From assembly GCA_964525455.1 (NCBI GenBank), contig CAZGHP010000002.1:1362-65361 (forward strand): 64,000 nucleotides of DNA, in the 5' to 3' direction. The notes beneath the pieces were generated by a model. That model saw only the letters and a list, made by a program, of their open reading frames with translations. It had not been told where the DNA came from and did not search any database. The stretch is from an uncultured Candidatus Saccharibacteria bacterium (GTDB lineage Bacteria; Patescibacteriota; SICC01). Each line of letters starts with the position of its first letter. Position 1 is the first letter of the stretch. Shown piece after piece: positions 55,998 through 64,000 of this stretch. The translations under genes and the position numbers were made by a program.

Positions 55998-56615
55998 ATG
56001 AGTACCCACCCAGAAAACGAAGGCGTCACCCCGGAAGATGCGACCGACGCGGCCCGCAAGCGCACCGAGCAAGGCAAGGAGGCCCTGGTCGCCGCCGGGC
56101 ACGACCTCATCGTGGCCTTGGCCGAGCGCGTGCCGGCACCCGACCGGCCAGGCAGTGACCTGCTGGAAACCGCCAAGCACAGCACGCTGCGTCTCGATGC
56201 GGAGGTGATGGCACGCGGCCGCCAGCATGGGTGGATCGAATCCGACGAACTGTCCTTCGAGATAGTGCTGACCGAAGGGGGCATGGTAGCCCTGCACGAT
56301 CCCGAATACAGCCAGGAGGTGGCCGCCGCAGCGTTCCATGACAGTCTCGTGCGACTAGACCAATCGCCGGAGAACGTCGTTCGGATCCCTAAGCACTCCG
56401 AAGTCGCCACGGTCCCGCGGGGTGCGCTGGTGTACGACGGCAGGCGGTACCGAAGGCTTCTGACCGCGGTCGAGGCGCCGATCTCCTGGCAGGATAAGTA
56501 CGAGAACGTGGCCCGGATCCAGCTCCCGGGCAGCCGGCATATCGATTTTCCGTTCACGAGAATCCCTGGCGAAAAGCCGGAAGACCCGTTGGAAGCGCAG
56601 TTCGACGCGACCTAG
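55998..56615 (+). CDS. Hypothetical protein
   Basis: ATG at 55998 (MSTHPENEG). 205 aa. Confidence 0.45.
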   Translation: MSTHPENEGVTPEDATDAARKRTEQGKEALVAAGHDLIVALAERVPAPDRPGSDLLETAKHSTLRLDAEVMARGRQHGWIESDELSFEIVLTEGGMVALHDPEYSQEVAAAAFHDSLVRLDQSPENVVRIPKHSEVATVPRGALVYDGRRYRRLLTAVEAPISWQDKYENVARIQLPGSRHIDFPFTRIPGEKPEDPLEAQFDAT

Positions 56616-56749
56616 GATCTAGGTTCCGCACTCTCACCGCGATGGTTGTTTGCTTGATATCGCTACGGATAAGCGCATGCTACGGGCAGAATAAGTAAGC
56701 TGGGTGTTTGTTATGCCCACTTAACAGATACATAAAAGGGGGTCTAAAA

Positions 56750-57601
56750 ATGAAAAAGTCCAACAAGCATTCGATCACATCCGCACTGGCCGTGGCCTTC
56801 GCGCTCGGCTTCCCTGCGCAGGCTCTGGCTGTGACCACGGTCGAGCTGGGTACCGCCGATGACTTTGCGGTCCTGGCCGCTACGGAGGTTACGAACGTTC
56901 CTACCTCCGCGATTACCGGTGACGTGGGCCTCAGCCCGGCCGCCGGCAGTAACTATGCCGGACTGACGTCCGCGGAAGTGGACGGCACAATCTATGACGT
57001 AAACGGCACGGGGCCAGCCGGTTCCGTGGAAGACCCTGGCCTGCTGACCCAAGCCAAGAACGACCTCACGGCCGCCTATCTCGACGCTGCCGGGCGAACC
57101 CCGACCGTCACGTTCGGCTCTACCGACAACCAGCTCGGCGGACAAGTCCTGACCGCTGGCGTCTATAGGTTCGGCCATGGCGATACGGCCAACCTGATCG
57201 GCACGCTGACCCTGAGCGGCAATTCAAGTTCAGTATTTATCTTCCAGGCCACGTCCGACCTCGTGACGGCATCAAGTAGTGTGGTAGAGCTCACCGGCGG
57301 CGCCCTGGCGTGCAACGTCTTCTGGCAAGTCTCCAGCTCCGCGACGCTTGGAACGGACTCTGTCTTCGTAGGAAACATCCTGGCCTTGACGTCCATCACG
57401 GTCGCCACCGATGCCAGCGTGGAGGGCAGCGTACTGGCTCGGAACGGCGCGGTCACCTTGGAGAGTAACGTCATCACCGATTCGGTGTGTGCATCCTCCG
57501 ATGACGACAGTAACGGTGCCGTGGGTTCGTCCGGTAGCTCGCTCGCCGCTGGTGACATAGTTCCAAAACTGCCCAATGCGGGAATCGGCCCTCGCCGCTA
57601 A
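56750..57601 (+). CDS. Secreted DUF3494 (ice-binding-like) domain protein with C-terminal LPNAG
   Basis: AAAAGGGGG RBS. Signal peptide MKKSNKHSITSALAVAFALGFPAQALA. DUF3494 pattern (LGTADDFAVLAATEVTN...NVFWQV...GNILA...ARNGAVTL). Ends KLPNAGIGPRR. Confidence 0.7.
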   Translation: MKKSNKHSITSALAVAFALGFPAQALAVTTVELGTADDFAVLAATEVTNVPTSAITGDVGLSPAAGSNYAGLTSAEVDGTIYDVNGTGPAGSVEDPGLLTQAKNDLTAAYLDAAGRTPTVTFGSTDNQLGGQVLTAGVYRFGHGDTANLIGTLTLSGNSSSVFIFQATSDLVTASSSVVELTGGALACNVFWQVSSSATLGTDSVFVGNILALTSITVATDASVEGSVLARNGAVTLESNVITDSVCASSDDDSNGAVGSSGSSLAAGDIVPKLPNAGIGPRR

Positions 57602-57663
57602 GGCAGCGCCTCAGGGAACATCACCCTTCGTGAGTTGCCTGGCCCGAAAGGAACGGACGACCG

Positions 57664-58344
57664 ATGCATGCCCTGCCCGCCCGTAAGCCGGTGAGGCGAA
57701 AGGTCTTAGCGGCCATACTTGCGGGTTGTGCGCTTTCCCTAGCGCTCGTCTTTCATTTCGTCGTGAACCCGGCCCGGAGCGACCCGGCGCCGCTTGCCGC
57801 ACATACCACCCAGGAAACGGTCGGGTTGCCGGTGCGTCTCAAGATCCCAAGCATCAAGGTCGATGCCACGATCGAGCATGTGGGCCTTACGCCTGACGGT
57901 GCCATGGATGTCCCGAAGGATCCCGTTAACGCAGCCTGGTTCGATCGCGGGCCGCGTCCCGGCGAGAAAGGCAGTTCGGTCATTGACGGACACTTCGGCA
58001 CGGCGGATGGCTCGCCGGCGGTATTCGACGACCTGCATGAACTGGATCCCGGAGACAAGCTCTACGTCGAAGATGAGAAAGGAACGACCACCCTGTTCGT
58101 AGTGCGCGAATTGCGGAAGTACGACCCGGACGCGGACGCGTCGAGCGTGTTCAGCTCGCGCGACGGGCGTGCGCACCTCAACCTCATCACCTGCATAGGA
58201 ACGTGGAACACGGCCGAGCAGAGCTATTCCGATCGCCTCGTGGTATTCACCGACAAAGAGATGCGCTTCAAGCCGGCCAAGCCCGGCGGCGTGGTCCATG
58301 CGGACAAGCTCCGCGGCTACGACATCGCGTGGTTCAACTCCTGA
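57664..58344 (+). CDS. Sortase family transpeptidase
   Basis: N-terminal TM, IDGH (His) and LNLITCIG (TLxTC Cys) motifs. Immediately downstream of the DUF3494 gene. Confidence 0.75.
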   Translation: MHALPARKPVRRKVLAAILAGCALSLALVFHFVVNPARSDPAPLAAHTTQETVGLPVRLKIPSIKVDATIEHVGLTPDGAMDVPKDPVNAAWFDRGPRPGEKGSSVIDGHFGTADGSPAVFDDLHELDPGDKLYVEDEKGTTTLFVVRELRKYDPDADASSVFSSRDGRAHLNLITCIGTWNTAEQSYSDRLVVFTDKEMRFKPAKPGGVVHADKLRGYDIAWFNS

Positions 58345-58634
58345 CCGGCTACAGCGTCTACCTGCTGACCTTCTAGTCCCACCGCCACCCCTTTCCACAC
58401 CGATGATGCGAAGGGTTTCCCAGGCCTAGTATAACTTCCCTGTTTTCTAGGCCTCTTTTCTTGATTTTCGTAATCTTTTTACTCAACAAAGGTCTTTTCA
58501 AAGATTTCCTGGCATGCTACGGTAAGATGTCTTTCCGGCATGGAAAGGCATTAACAACACTCCGCTCCGGTCGGGACAGGCGCCCCGGGTACTCTGCGTA
58601 CCTGGAGCGCCCGTTTCCGACAGGAAGGAGAGAC

Positions 58635-59183
58635 ATGGGCATCTCTCGTTGGAAGTACGCACCGCTGCTGCTGATCGCGGCTTTCATGGCCTTCGTAGTC
58701 GGTTGCGGCGGTGACACCGAGACCGTGACCGTCACCGAGACCGACGTCGTGCAGGCGCCGGTAAACCCGGGGCCGAAGAAGCAGAAGAGCCCGCAGCCGA
58801 CGCCGAAGCAGGCGCACGAGCTACGCGCTGACTGTACGGTCACGGTCGTGGCGAGCAACAAGAAGCCGCGGGGAATGCAGAAGGCGTTCTTCTGCGAGAA
58901 GTCGACCCCGCAGGCACGGAAAGTGCTGCCGGTTTCGCCGTTCGCGGCAAAGGACGAGTGCCGGCTCGATGTCGAGGCCAACTCGCTCTACCGAGGCGAC
59001 TACTACGACCCGGTCATACTCAGCGAGACCTGGCCGCGGTTTTCGACGCAGTGCAAGAGGATCCGCTTCGTGGTGTACGCCCTCGCCGATGAGAACACCC
59101 TGCCGTATCGGCGCGAGGCGCCGCTCACCAAGGGTGCGCTCGAGCCGGGGCAAAAGGGTTACTACAACATCTTCGAGGAGTAA
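58635..59183 (+). CDS. Putative lipoprotein
   Basis: AGGAAGGAG RBS. Signal peptide with lipobox FVVGC. Confidence 0.6.
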   Translation: MGISRWKYAPLLLIAAFMAFVVGCGGDTETVTVTETDVVQAPVNPGPKKQKSPQPTPKQAHELRADCTVTVVASNKKPRGMQKAFFCEKSTPQARKVLPVSPFAAKDECRLDVEANSLYRGDYYDPVILSETWPRFSTQCKRIRFVVYALADENTLPYRREAPLTKGALEPGQKGYYNIFEE

Positions 59184-59304
59184 CCCCGCCGCCACGAACC
59201 CATGTCACACCGTCCCCGCCCGGAACCACTCCATTTCAGGAGCCGGGCGGGGACAGCAGTTTTATCCGGAGAACCACCCGCCAGTAATATCGCGGGGCTT
59301 TTTG

Positions 59305-61128
59305 TCAGGCCGCTTGCTCCGTGGTCCCATATTCGACCGGCTGTTCAAGGGTGACCAGATTATCGGCCTTCAGTCGCTTGCGTATCTGTTCGATGCCTTC
59401 GTTTGCCCATCGTCTCGCGGTGCTGTGGCTGATACCCAACTGCTTGCCGATGTCACGCCACGAACGGGGCTTTTCTGAGAAATAATACGCCTGGATCGCT
59501 TCCCGTTGTGCGGAGGTAACCATTCCAAGAAGCTCTGCGCGCCGAGTGGGCAAGAGCGTCTTGATGCCGAGCTTCCTGTAAAACCGCTCCTCCGGAGACA
59601 GTTCCCGGTACTCGACGACGCGGTAGTCCCCCGTATCGAACTCTCGAACCATCAAGGCCAGTTCGACCCTGGTCCGTGCACCGGTCTCCCGACACATGGC
59701 GGCCACTATGGAATCCACCTGCCTGTCCGTCAGCCCGGTCTCCCGACGCCTTTCGTCGGACGTCATATGCAGGCTCCAAGCTACCTCAGCCTTCTTTTCG
59801 CTCAGGACTTCGTTAAGCGGGCGCCGGGGATCCGGGACGTCGAATGTCATCCCGGCCTCGCTCAGCCGGACCGCCAAAGCCGTCTCGTTAGGCGCTTCCG
59901 CCCTCTCCACCGCCCGGTGGATCACGGAAGCGACGTTATTATTCGATCGGCCGGTCTGCTCCGCGATGACATCCCGCGGTAAGTGGATGTGTTCCAGCAC
60001 CAGACGTTGCACCGGCGTAAAGTCCCTGAGTGGAACCGGGGTCCGATCGACCAATTCTTCCGGGCGCGGCTCGAAGTCATCACCCGCCATCAGTGCCAGT
60101 TCCGTCCGTGTCCTGGCCTTGGTCTTTTCAAAAAGTGCCATGACCGAAAGGCGGACTTGCCCCAGGGTCACCTTAAGGTCCTTTGCGATTTCCGAATCGG
60201 TACGACACAGCCGGGTCCCCACCTGTCGCTCACGGGTGGTGAACCGTTGGACCGGGGGACGTTCCTTCAGATCGAACGACATTCCCTGTGCCGCCGCCCA
60301 TAAGGCAAGCTCCCTTCGATTATCGAAGCCGAGATTCCTGCTGGCCCGGCGATATACTGCGCCGATGGCTCCCACGGACCTTCCCTCCCGCGCCGAGGTG
60401 ACCCCGTCAGGCAGGTGGATATTCGGCAGCATCTCCCGTTGTAGCGCGGAGAGACCATCCAGCCCCTGTGTTCGCCTTTCGGCCCTCTGCCGCTCGGCCT
60501 TCCGCCTGGCGAGTCCTTCGCGATGGCGTGAACGGGATCGGAGTTCCGGGAGCGTCTCACTAACGCCGCGAAGCAAGGACTCCATCGGTCTGCCTGGGTC
60601 GTCTGCTTCGGCGGACTCCTCTCCGCCGGTCACCTCCCCTAAGGACCGGCGCACCGCGGTGACCGCATGATCGTTGAAATCGATATGCCGGTCGGACTCG
60701 AATTCCCGCGCGGACTGGACCAGCGCCTGGCTGGCCCGGAGCAGGAGTTCCTCGCTCGGGATATCGCTGCGCTTGAAGGGGAAGGCCACCGCGGCCAGGA
60801 ATCCCCGGTGAATCTTGACGAGGTCTTGTGTGCAAACCACGTCACCACGGCGGATGCCGGCTATCAGGTCTCGCTGCTCGACACCCGTGGGCAGCCGGTC
60901 CGCCTCCACGTCCTCTATGTCTGCTATGAATTCCGCCAGCAACGCGTCGATCGGATCGGAAGGATCCAAGGCGGGATATTCCGAAAGCAGTTCCCGCTCC
61001 GGGCTTACGCCCCTCCTCAAAGAGGAGGGTATCGGGTCAGCCGTTTCTTGCAATGATTCGTTCATAAGCAAACGTAGCTCCGAATGATACACCAAAACGC
61101 CCGGACTCCCGAGCGCATGACGCGACAA
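59305..61128 (-). CDS. Multi-HTH regulator: sigma-70 region-2-like N-terminus, four LuxR/GerE-type HTH repeats, sigma-70 region-4-like C-terminus
   Basis: Four repeats of the R.ELAL...G..FD type (TRTELALMAG, NETALAVRLSEAG, TRVELALMV, RRELALWAAAQG). C-terminal LGISHSTARRWANEGIEQIRKRL. Start may be the TTG at 61128 or the ATG at 61065. Confidence 0.6.
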   Translation of the reverse strand: MSRHALGSPGVLVYHSELRLLMNESLQETADPIPSSLRRGVSPERELLSEYPALDPSDPIDALLAEFIADIEDVEADRLPTGVEQRDLIAGIRRGDVVCTQDLVKIHRGFLAAVAFPFKRSDIPSEELLLRASQALVQSAREFESDRHIDFNDHAVTAVRRSLGEVTGGEESAEADDPGRPMESLLRGVSETLPELRSRSRHREGLARRKAERQRAERRTQGLDGLSALQREMLPNIHLPDGVTSAREGRSVGAIGAVYRRASRNLGFDNRRELALWAAAQGMSFDLKERPPVQRFTTRERQVGTRLCRTDSEIAKDLKVTLGQVRLSVMALFEKTKARTRTELALMAGDDFEPRPEELVDRTPVPLRDFTPVQRLVLEHIHLPRDVIAEQTGRSNNNVASVIHRAVERAEAPNETALAVRLSEAGMTFDVPDPRRPLNEVLSEKKAEVAWSLHMTSDERRRETGLTDRQVDSIVAAMCRETGARTRVELALMVREFDTGDYRVVEYRELSPEERFYRKLGIKTLLPTRRAELLGMVTSAQREAIQAYYFSEKPRSWRDIGKQLGISHSTARRWANEGIEQIRKRLKADNLVTLEQPVEYGTTEQAA

Positions 61129-61143
61129 CCGGTGCCGGCCCGG

Positions 61144-62610
61144 CTAGGTCCGCGCGGCCATGTTCGGCTCGATCCGCTCGCCTTTTTCCTGGCGAATCAG
61201 GATGAGCGCGGCCAGGGCGGCGAAGACCGCGAGCCCGGCGCCGACGAAGAAAGCGGCGTGGAACCCGTCCACCAGCGCGGCGGCCTGGTCGGCCGGCGTC
61301 AGCGGAGCCTTCAGGGTCGTGAAGTATTCGCGGGTAGCGGAAGCGGAAACCGCCGAAAGGATCGCCAAGCCCAGCGCGCCGCCGATCTGCTGGGTGGTGT
61401 TGAGCAGTCCCGAGGCGAGCCCCGAATCCTTGGCCGGCACTCCGTTCGTCGCGGCGATGGTCACGCTCACGAAGGAAAGCCCCATGCCGGCCGCGATAAC
61501 GACCAGCGGCGGTAGTACGTGCTCATAGTATCCTCCGTCCACCGGCAGGTAACCGAGCCAGCCCAGGCCGCCGGCCACGAACAGCGGACCCGCGACCATC
61601 AGCGGCTTGTACCCGATCTTCGAGATCAGGGCCGAGGCGATGCCTGCCACGATCCCGATGGTGATCGCCACCGGCAGGAAGGCCAGGCCGGTCTTCACCG
61701 GGCTGTAACCGAGGATGTTCTGCACGTAGAGCGTCAGGAAGAAGAACATCGCGAACATCGCGGCGACCACCGGGAACATCACGAGGTTGGCCTTGCCGAC
61801 GTTCTTGATCGCAAAGAACGGAAGCGGCAGGAGCGGATGCTTGGTGCGGGCTTCGTTGATTAGGAACGTCGCGAGGATCACGAGCGACCCGCCGAGCAGG
61901 AGCAGCGTCCGTTCGTCGCCCCAGCCGTACTGCGGCGCCTTGGTCAGCGCGTAGACGAGCAGCATCAGACCGCCGGTCACGGTGACGGCGCCGAACACGT
62001 CGAAGTTGTTATGGCCGAGGTCGCCCTTGCTCTCCGGAACGATCCGCCAGGCGGCGATCGCTACCATGATACCGATCGGCACGTTCACGAAAAAATTCCA
62101 GCGCCAGCTGAGGTACTCGGTAAGTACCCCGCCGATCAGGAGGCCGGCGGCCGCGCCGCCCGAGGCGATCGCGCCCCAGATACTGAGTGCTTTGTTGCGC
62201 TCTTTCCCTTCGCGGAATGTCGCGAGCACGATCGAGAGCGCCGCCGGCGCCATGAACGCCCCCGCTAATCCTTGCACTCCGCGTGCGATGATCACGAGCG
62301 ATTCACCCTGCGAGATCCCGACCAGCAGCGAGGCCAGCGAAAACGCTACCACGCCGATGATGAATATGAGCTTCCGCCCGAGCAGGTCGGCGGCTCGGCC
62401 GCCGAGCATCAGGAACCCGCCGAACGCCAGCGTATAGGCGGTGATGATCCACTGCAGGTTCTCCGGAGAAATCTGAAGCGCCCGCTGCATTGAGGGCAGC
62501 GCGACGTTCGTAATCGTGGCATCGAGAATCACCACGAACTGCGCCAGTCCGAGCAGGGACATGATCAACCACTTGTTACGTGGCTTCCGGCTGGGACGTT
62601 TGGCAGTCAC
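61144..62610 (-). CDS. MFS transporter, DHA2 (EmrB/QacA) family, 14 TMS
   Basis: LGLAQFVVILDATITNVALPSMQRAL and GGRAADLLGRK motifs. 488 aa. Confidence 0.85.
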   Translation of the reverse strand: MTAKRPSRKPRNKWLIMSLLGLAQFVVILDATITNVALPSMQRALQISPENLQWIITAYTLAFGGFLMLGGRAADLLGRKLIFIIGVVAFSLASLLVGISQGESLVIIARGVQGLAGAFMAPAALSIVLATFREGKERNKALSIWGAIASGGAAAGLLIGGVLTEYLSWRWNFFVNVPIGIMVAIAAWRIVPESKGDLGHNNFDVFGAVTVTGGLMLLVYALTKAPQYGWGDERTLLLLGGSLVILATFLINEARTKHPLLPLPFFAIKNVGKANLVMFPVVAAMFAMFFFLTLYVQNILGYSPVKTGLAFLPVAITIGIVAGIASALISKIGYKPLMVAGPLFVAGGLGWLGYLPVDGGYYEHVLPPLVVIAAGMGLSFVSVTIAATNGVPAKDSGLASGLLNTTQQIGGALGLAILSAVSASATREYFTTLKAPLTPADQAAALVDGFHAAFFVGAGLAVFAALAALILIRQEKGERIEPNMAART

Positions 62611-62659
62611 CCGTCCACAATACCCCGGGCGCCGGGAAAGGTCACTCGGAGCCGGACCG

Positions 62660-63985
62660 TCACGTTTCCCTGTCGCGAATCTTCTCCTGATGGACCGGGA
62701 TAAGGTCCCGGTTCAGGATTTCCACGAGTTCCGCCGCCCAATCGGCGGCTTCCGCACCTTCGTGTTCCTCGGAGCTTAGGTCACTGAAGAAGAACTTTGT
62801 CGCTGCCCCGTCTTCATCATGTTCCCATCCATACTGCTGGATCTCCGTCTTCCTGATTCCTCCCGGGCGCCGCCGATAGGTATCGCCCCCCAGGTCATGA
62901 ACCCAGGGAAGGATCCGCACCCGACCGGGATCCCCGCGCAGCTCCAGCATCGTCGAGCTGCTCTCATCGAAGTAAAAGGCAAAGTCTTCGCCGACCGCCG
63001 TCCCCACCTCCCGGGCATGCTGTATCAGGTCCTGCTGCCGCTCGTCGATTTCCACGAGATTCCGCTGGAAGAACTCTTCCCGCTCACGTTCCGCGCGGGC
63101 CCTGAGCATCCTGATCGCCTCGCGGCGGGGTTTCACGTCCCTCCCCAGTCTCTCCGCGGCGGCGGCATCGACCTCCGAGATCTTCAGCAGTTCCTGAAGA
63201 CTGAGCCCCAGCTCCTCCTCCCGGCCGCGGTAGCGGTCCGCGATCCTGATGATCGCGGCGGTGTGCCTCTCGATGAACTTCGAGAGCATCGGCTTCCCGC
63301 CCGCGGTGACCACTGCCTGATGCAGCGCGATCTCGGCCGTATCGAGCTCCACGAGTGATGCCTCGGCGTCGCGTCCGCGACGCATCCGGCGGCGGCCGGT
63401 CTTCGCGACCTCAAGCGCACGCGCCGTCCAGTGCTTGAGTTCGGGATACCGATCCAGTCCGACGGCCTTCGACGTCTCGATCATATCGGCGGTCAGCCAG
63501 ACGTGGGCAATGGCGGCTTCGCGGTGCTCCGAGGAGAGTCTGCCGGATTCAGGGAAGATGATCTTTTCGTATTGGTCGACCGCCCTGCCAGCCGCGTTGA
63601 TTCCTGCTCGGGGTTTGCTGCTTCCGGGAACACCCCACTGATGCATCCGGAGTTCGGTGAGCGCGGTGGCACCGGTAAGGTGTGCCCATTCCAGCCGGAG
63701 ACGCGGTTCCGTTTCCCCGCCAGGCCGGGTGATGATACGGTCCACACGACTCCAGGCACCTTGGAGCGCATCGTGTACGCCAAGCAGTCGTACCCAGTTC
63801 GGTACGCGGGATTCGATGTCCGCAGGAACGTCCGGAGGAAGTCCGTCGACTACGTCCCGAGCGTCAGCGACCCGTCGCCGCATGGATTCCTTGAACAAGA
63901 CGTCGGAGGCCTCCCGGTACGTCTCATCGCGCGGTAATCCTTCGGTCCGTCCGTCCGGCATGCCGGGGTCTCCCGTAGGTGTCAT
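62660..63985 (-). CDS. Hypothetical protein
   Basis: 441-aa ORF. No recognised domain. Start lies near the window end. Confidence 0.45.
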   Translation of the reverse strand: MTPTGDPGMPDGRTEGLPRDETYREASDVLFKESMRRRVADARDVVDGLPPDVPADIESRVPNWVRLLGVHDALQGAWSRVDRIITRPGGETEPRLRLEWAHLTGATALTELRMHQWGVPGSSKPRAGINAAGRAVDQYEKIIFPESGRLSSEHREAAIAHVWLTADMIETSKAVGLDRYPELKHWTARALEVAKTGRRRMRRGRDAEASLVELDTAEIALHQAVVTAGGKPMLSKFIERHTAAIIRIADRYRGREEELGLSLQELLKISEVDAAAAERLGRDVKPRREAIRMLRARAEREREEFFQRNLVEIDERQQDLIQHAREVGTAVGEDFAFYFDESSSTMLELRGDPGRVRILPWVHDLGGDTYRRRPGGIRKTEIQQYGWEHDEDGAATKFFFSDLSSEEHEGAEAADWAAELVEILNRDLIPVHQEKIRDRET

Positions 63986-64000
63986 GTGTCCTCGTGTTTC

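Overview
This is a ~64 kb high-GC (about 65%) bacterial chromosomal segment that is densely coding and has two lower-GC accessory patches. The core (about 9.7-17.8 kb, minus strand) is a tightly coupled secE-nusG-rplK-rplA-rplJ-rplL ribosomal cluster. Unusually, it has dNTP-metabolism genes (NUDIX, dcd, a CYTH protein, thyA, folA) and a 93-aa acidic ORF embedded in it. L7/L12 and L1 carry long low-complexity N-terminal extensions. Other confident calls are listed below.
- prfB with its programmed +1 frameshift (CUU UGA C).
- A GAF histidine kinase and receiver-only response regulator, flanked by a degenerate HK-like gene lacking the phospho-acceptor His.
- Five tRNAs (Leu-CAA, Trp-CCA, Thr-TGT, Tyr-GTA, Thr-GGT).
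- rpmG.
- tmRNA (ssrA) with smpB 3.3 kb upstream.
- The lgt-lspA-rluA-gmk cluster, holB, rmuC, a UvrD-like helicase fused to a Cas4/RecB-like Fe-S nuclease, argS, purN and a lysA-like decarboxylase.
- Two sortases, an LPVTG-anchored TP-repeat surface protein, a DUF3494 secreted protein, a GT39-like and a GT2 glycosyltransferase, an MFS DHA2 exporter, and two TauE/SafE paralogs.
One lower-GC patch (about 18.8-22.8 kb) sits next to tRNA-Trp. It is marked by a 45-bp duplicate of the tRNA-Trp 3' half and carries a protein made of tandem DnaA-C-like HTH repeats, an AT-rich TauE gene and a cyclase-family gene. The other patch (about 46.3-49.6 kb) starts right after the tmRNA 3' end and ends in an AT-rich two-gene operon with no recognisable domains. 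Also notable is a 607-aa protein combining sigma-70 region-2/4-like ends with four LuxR-type HTH repeats. No rRNA, CRISPR array, integrase or transposase was seen.
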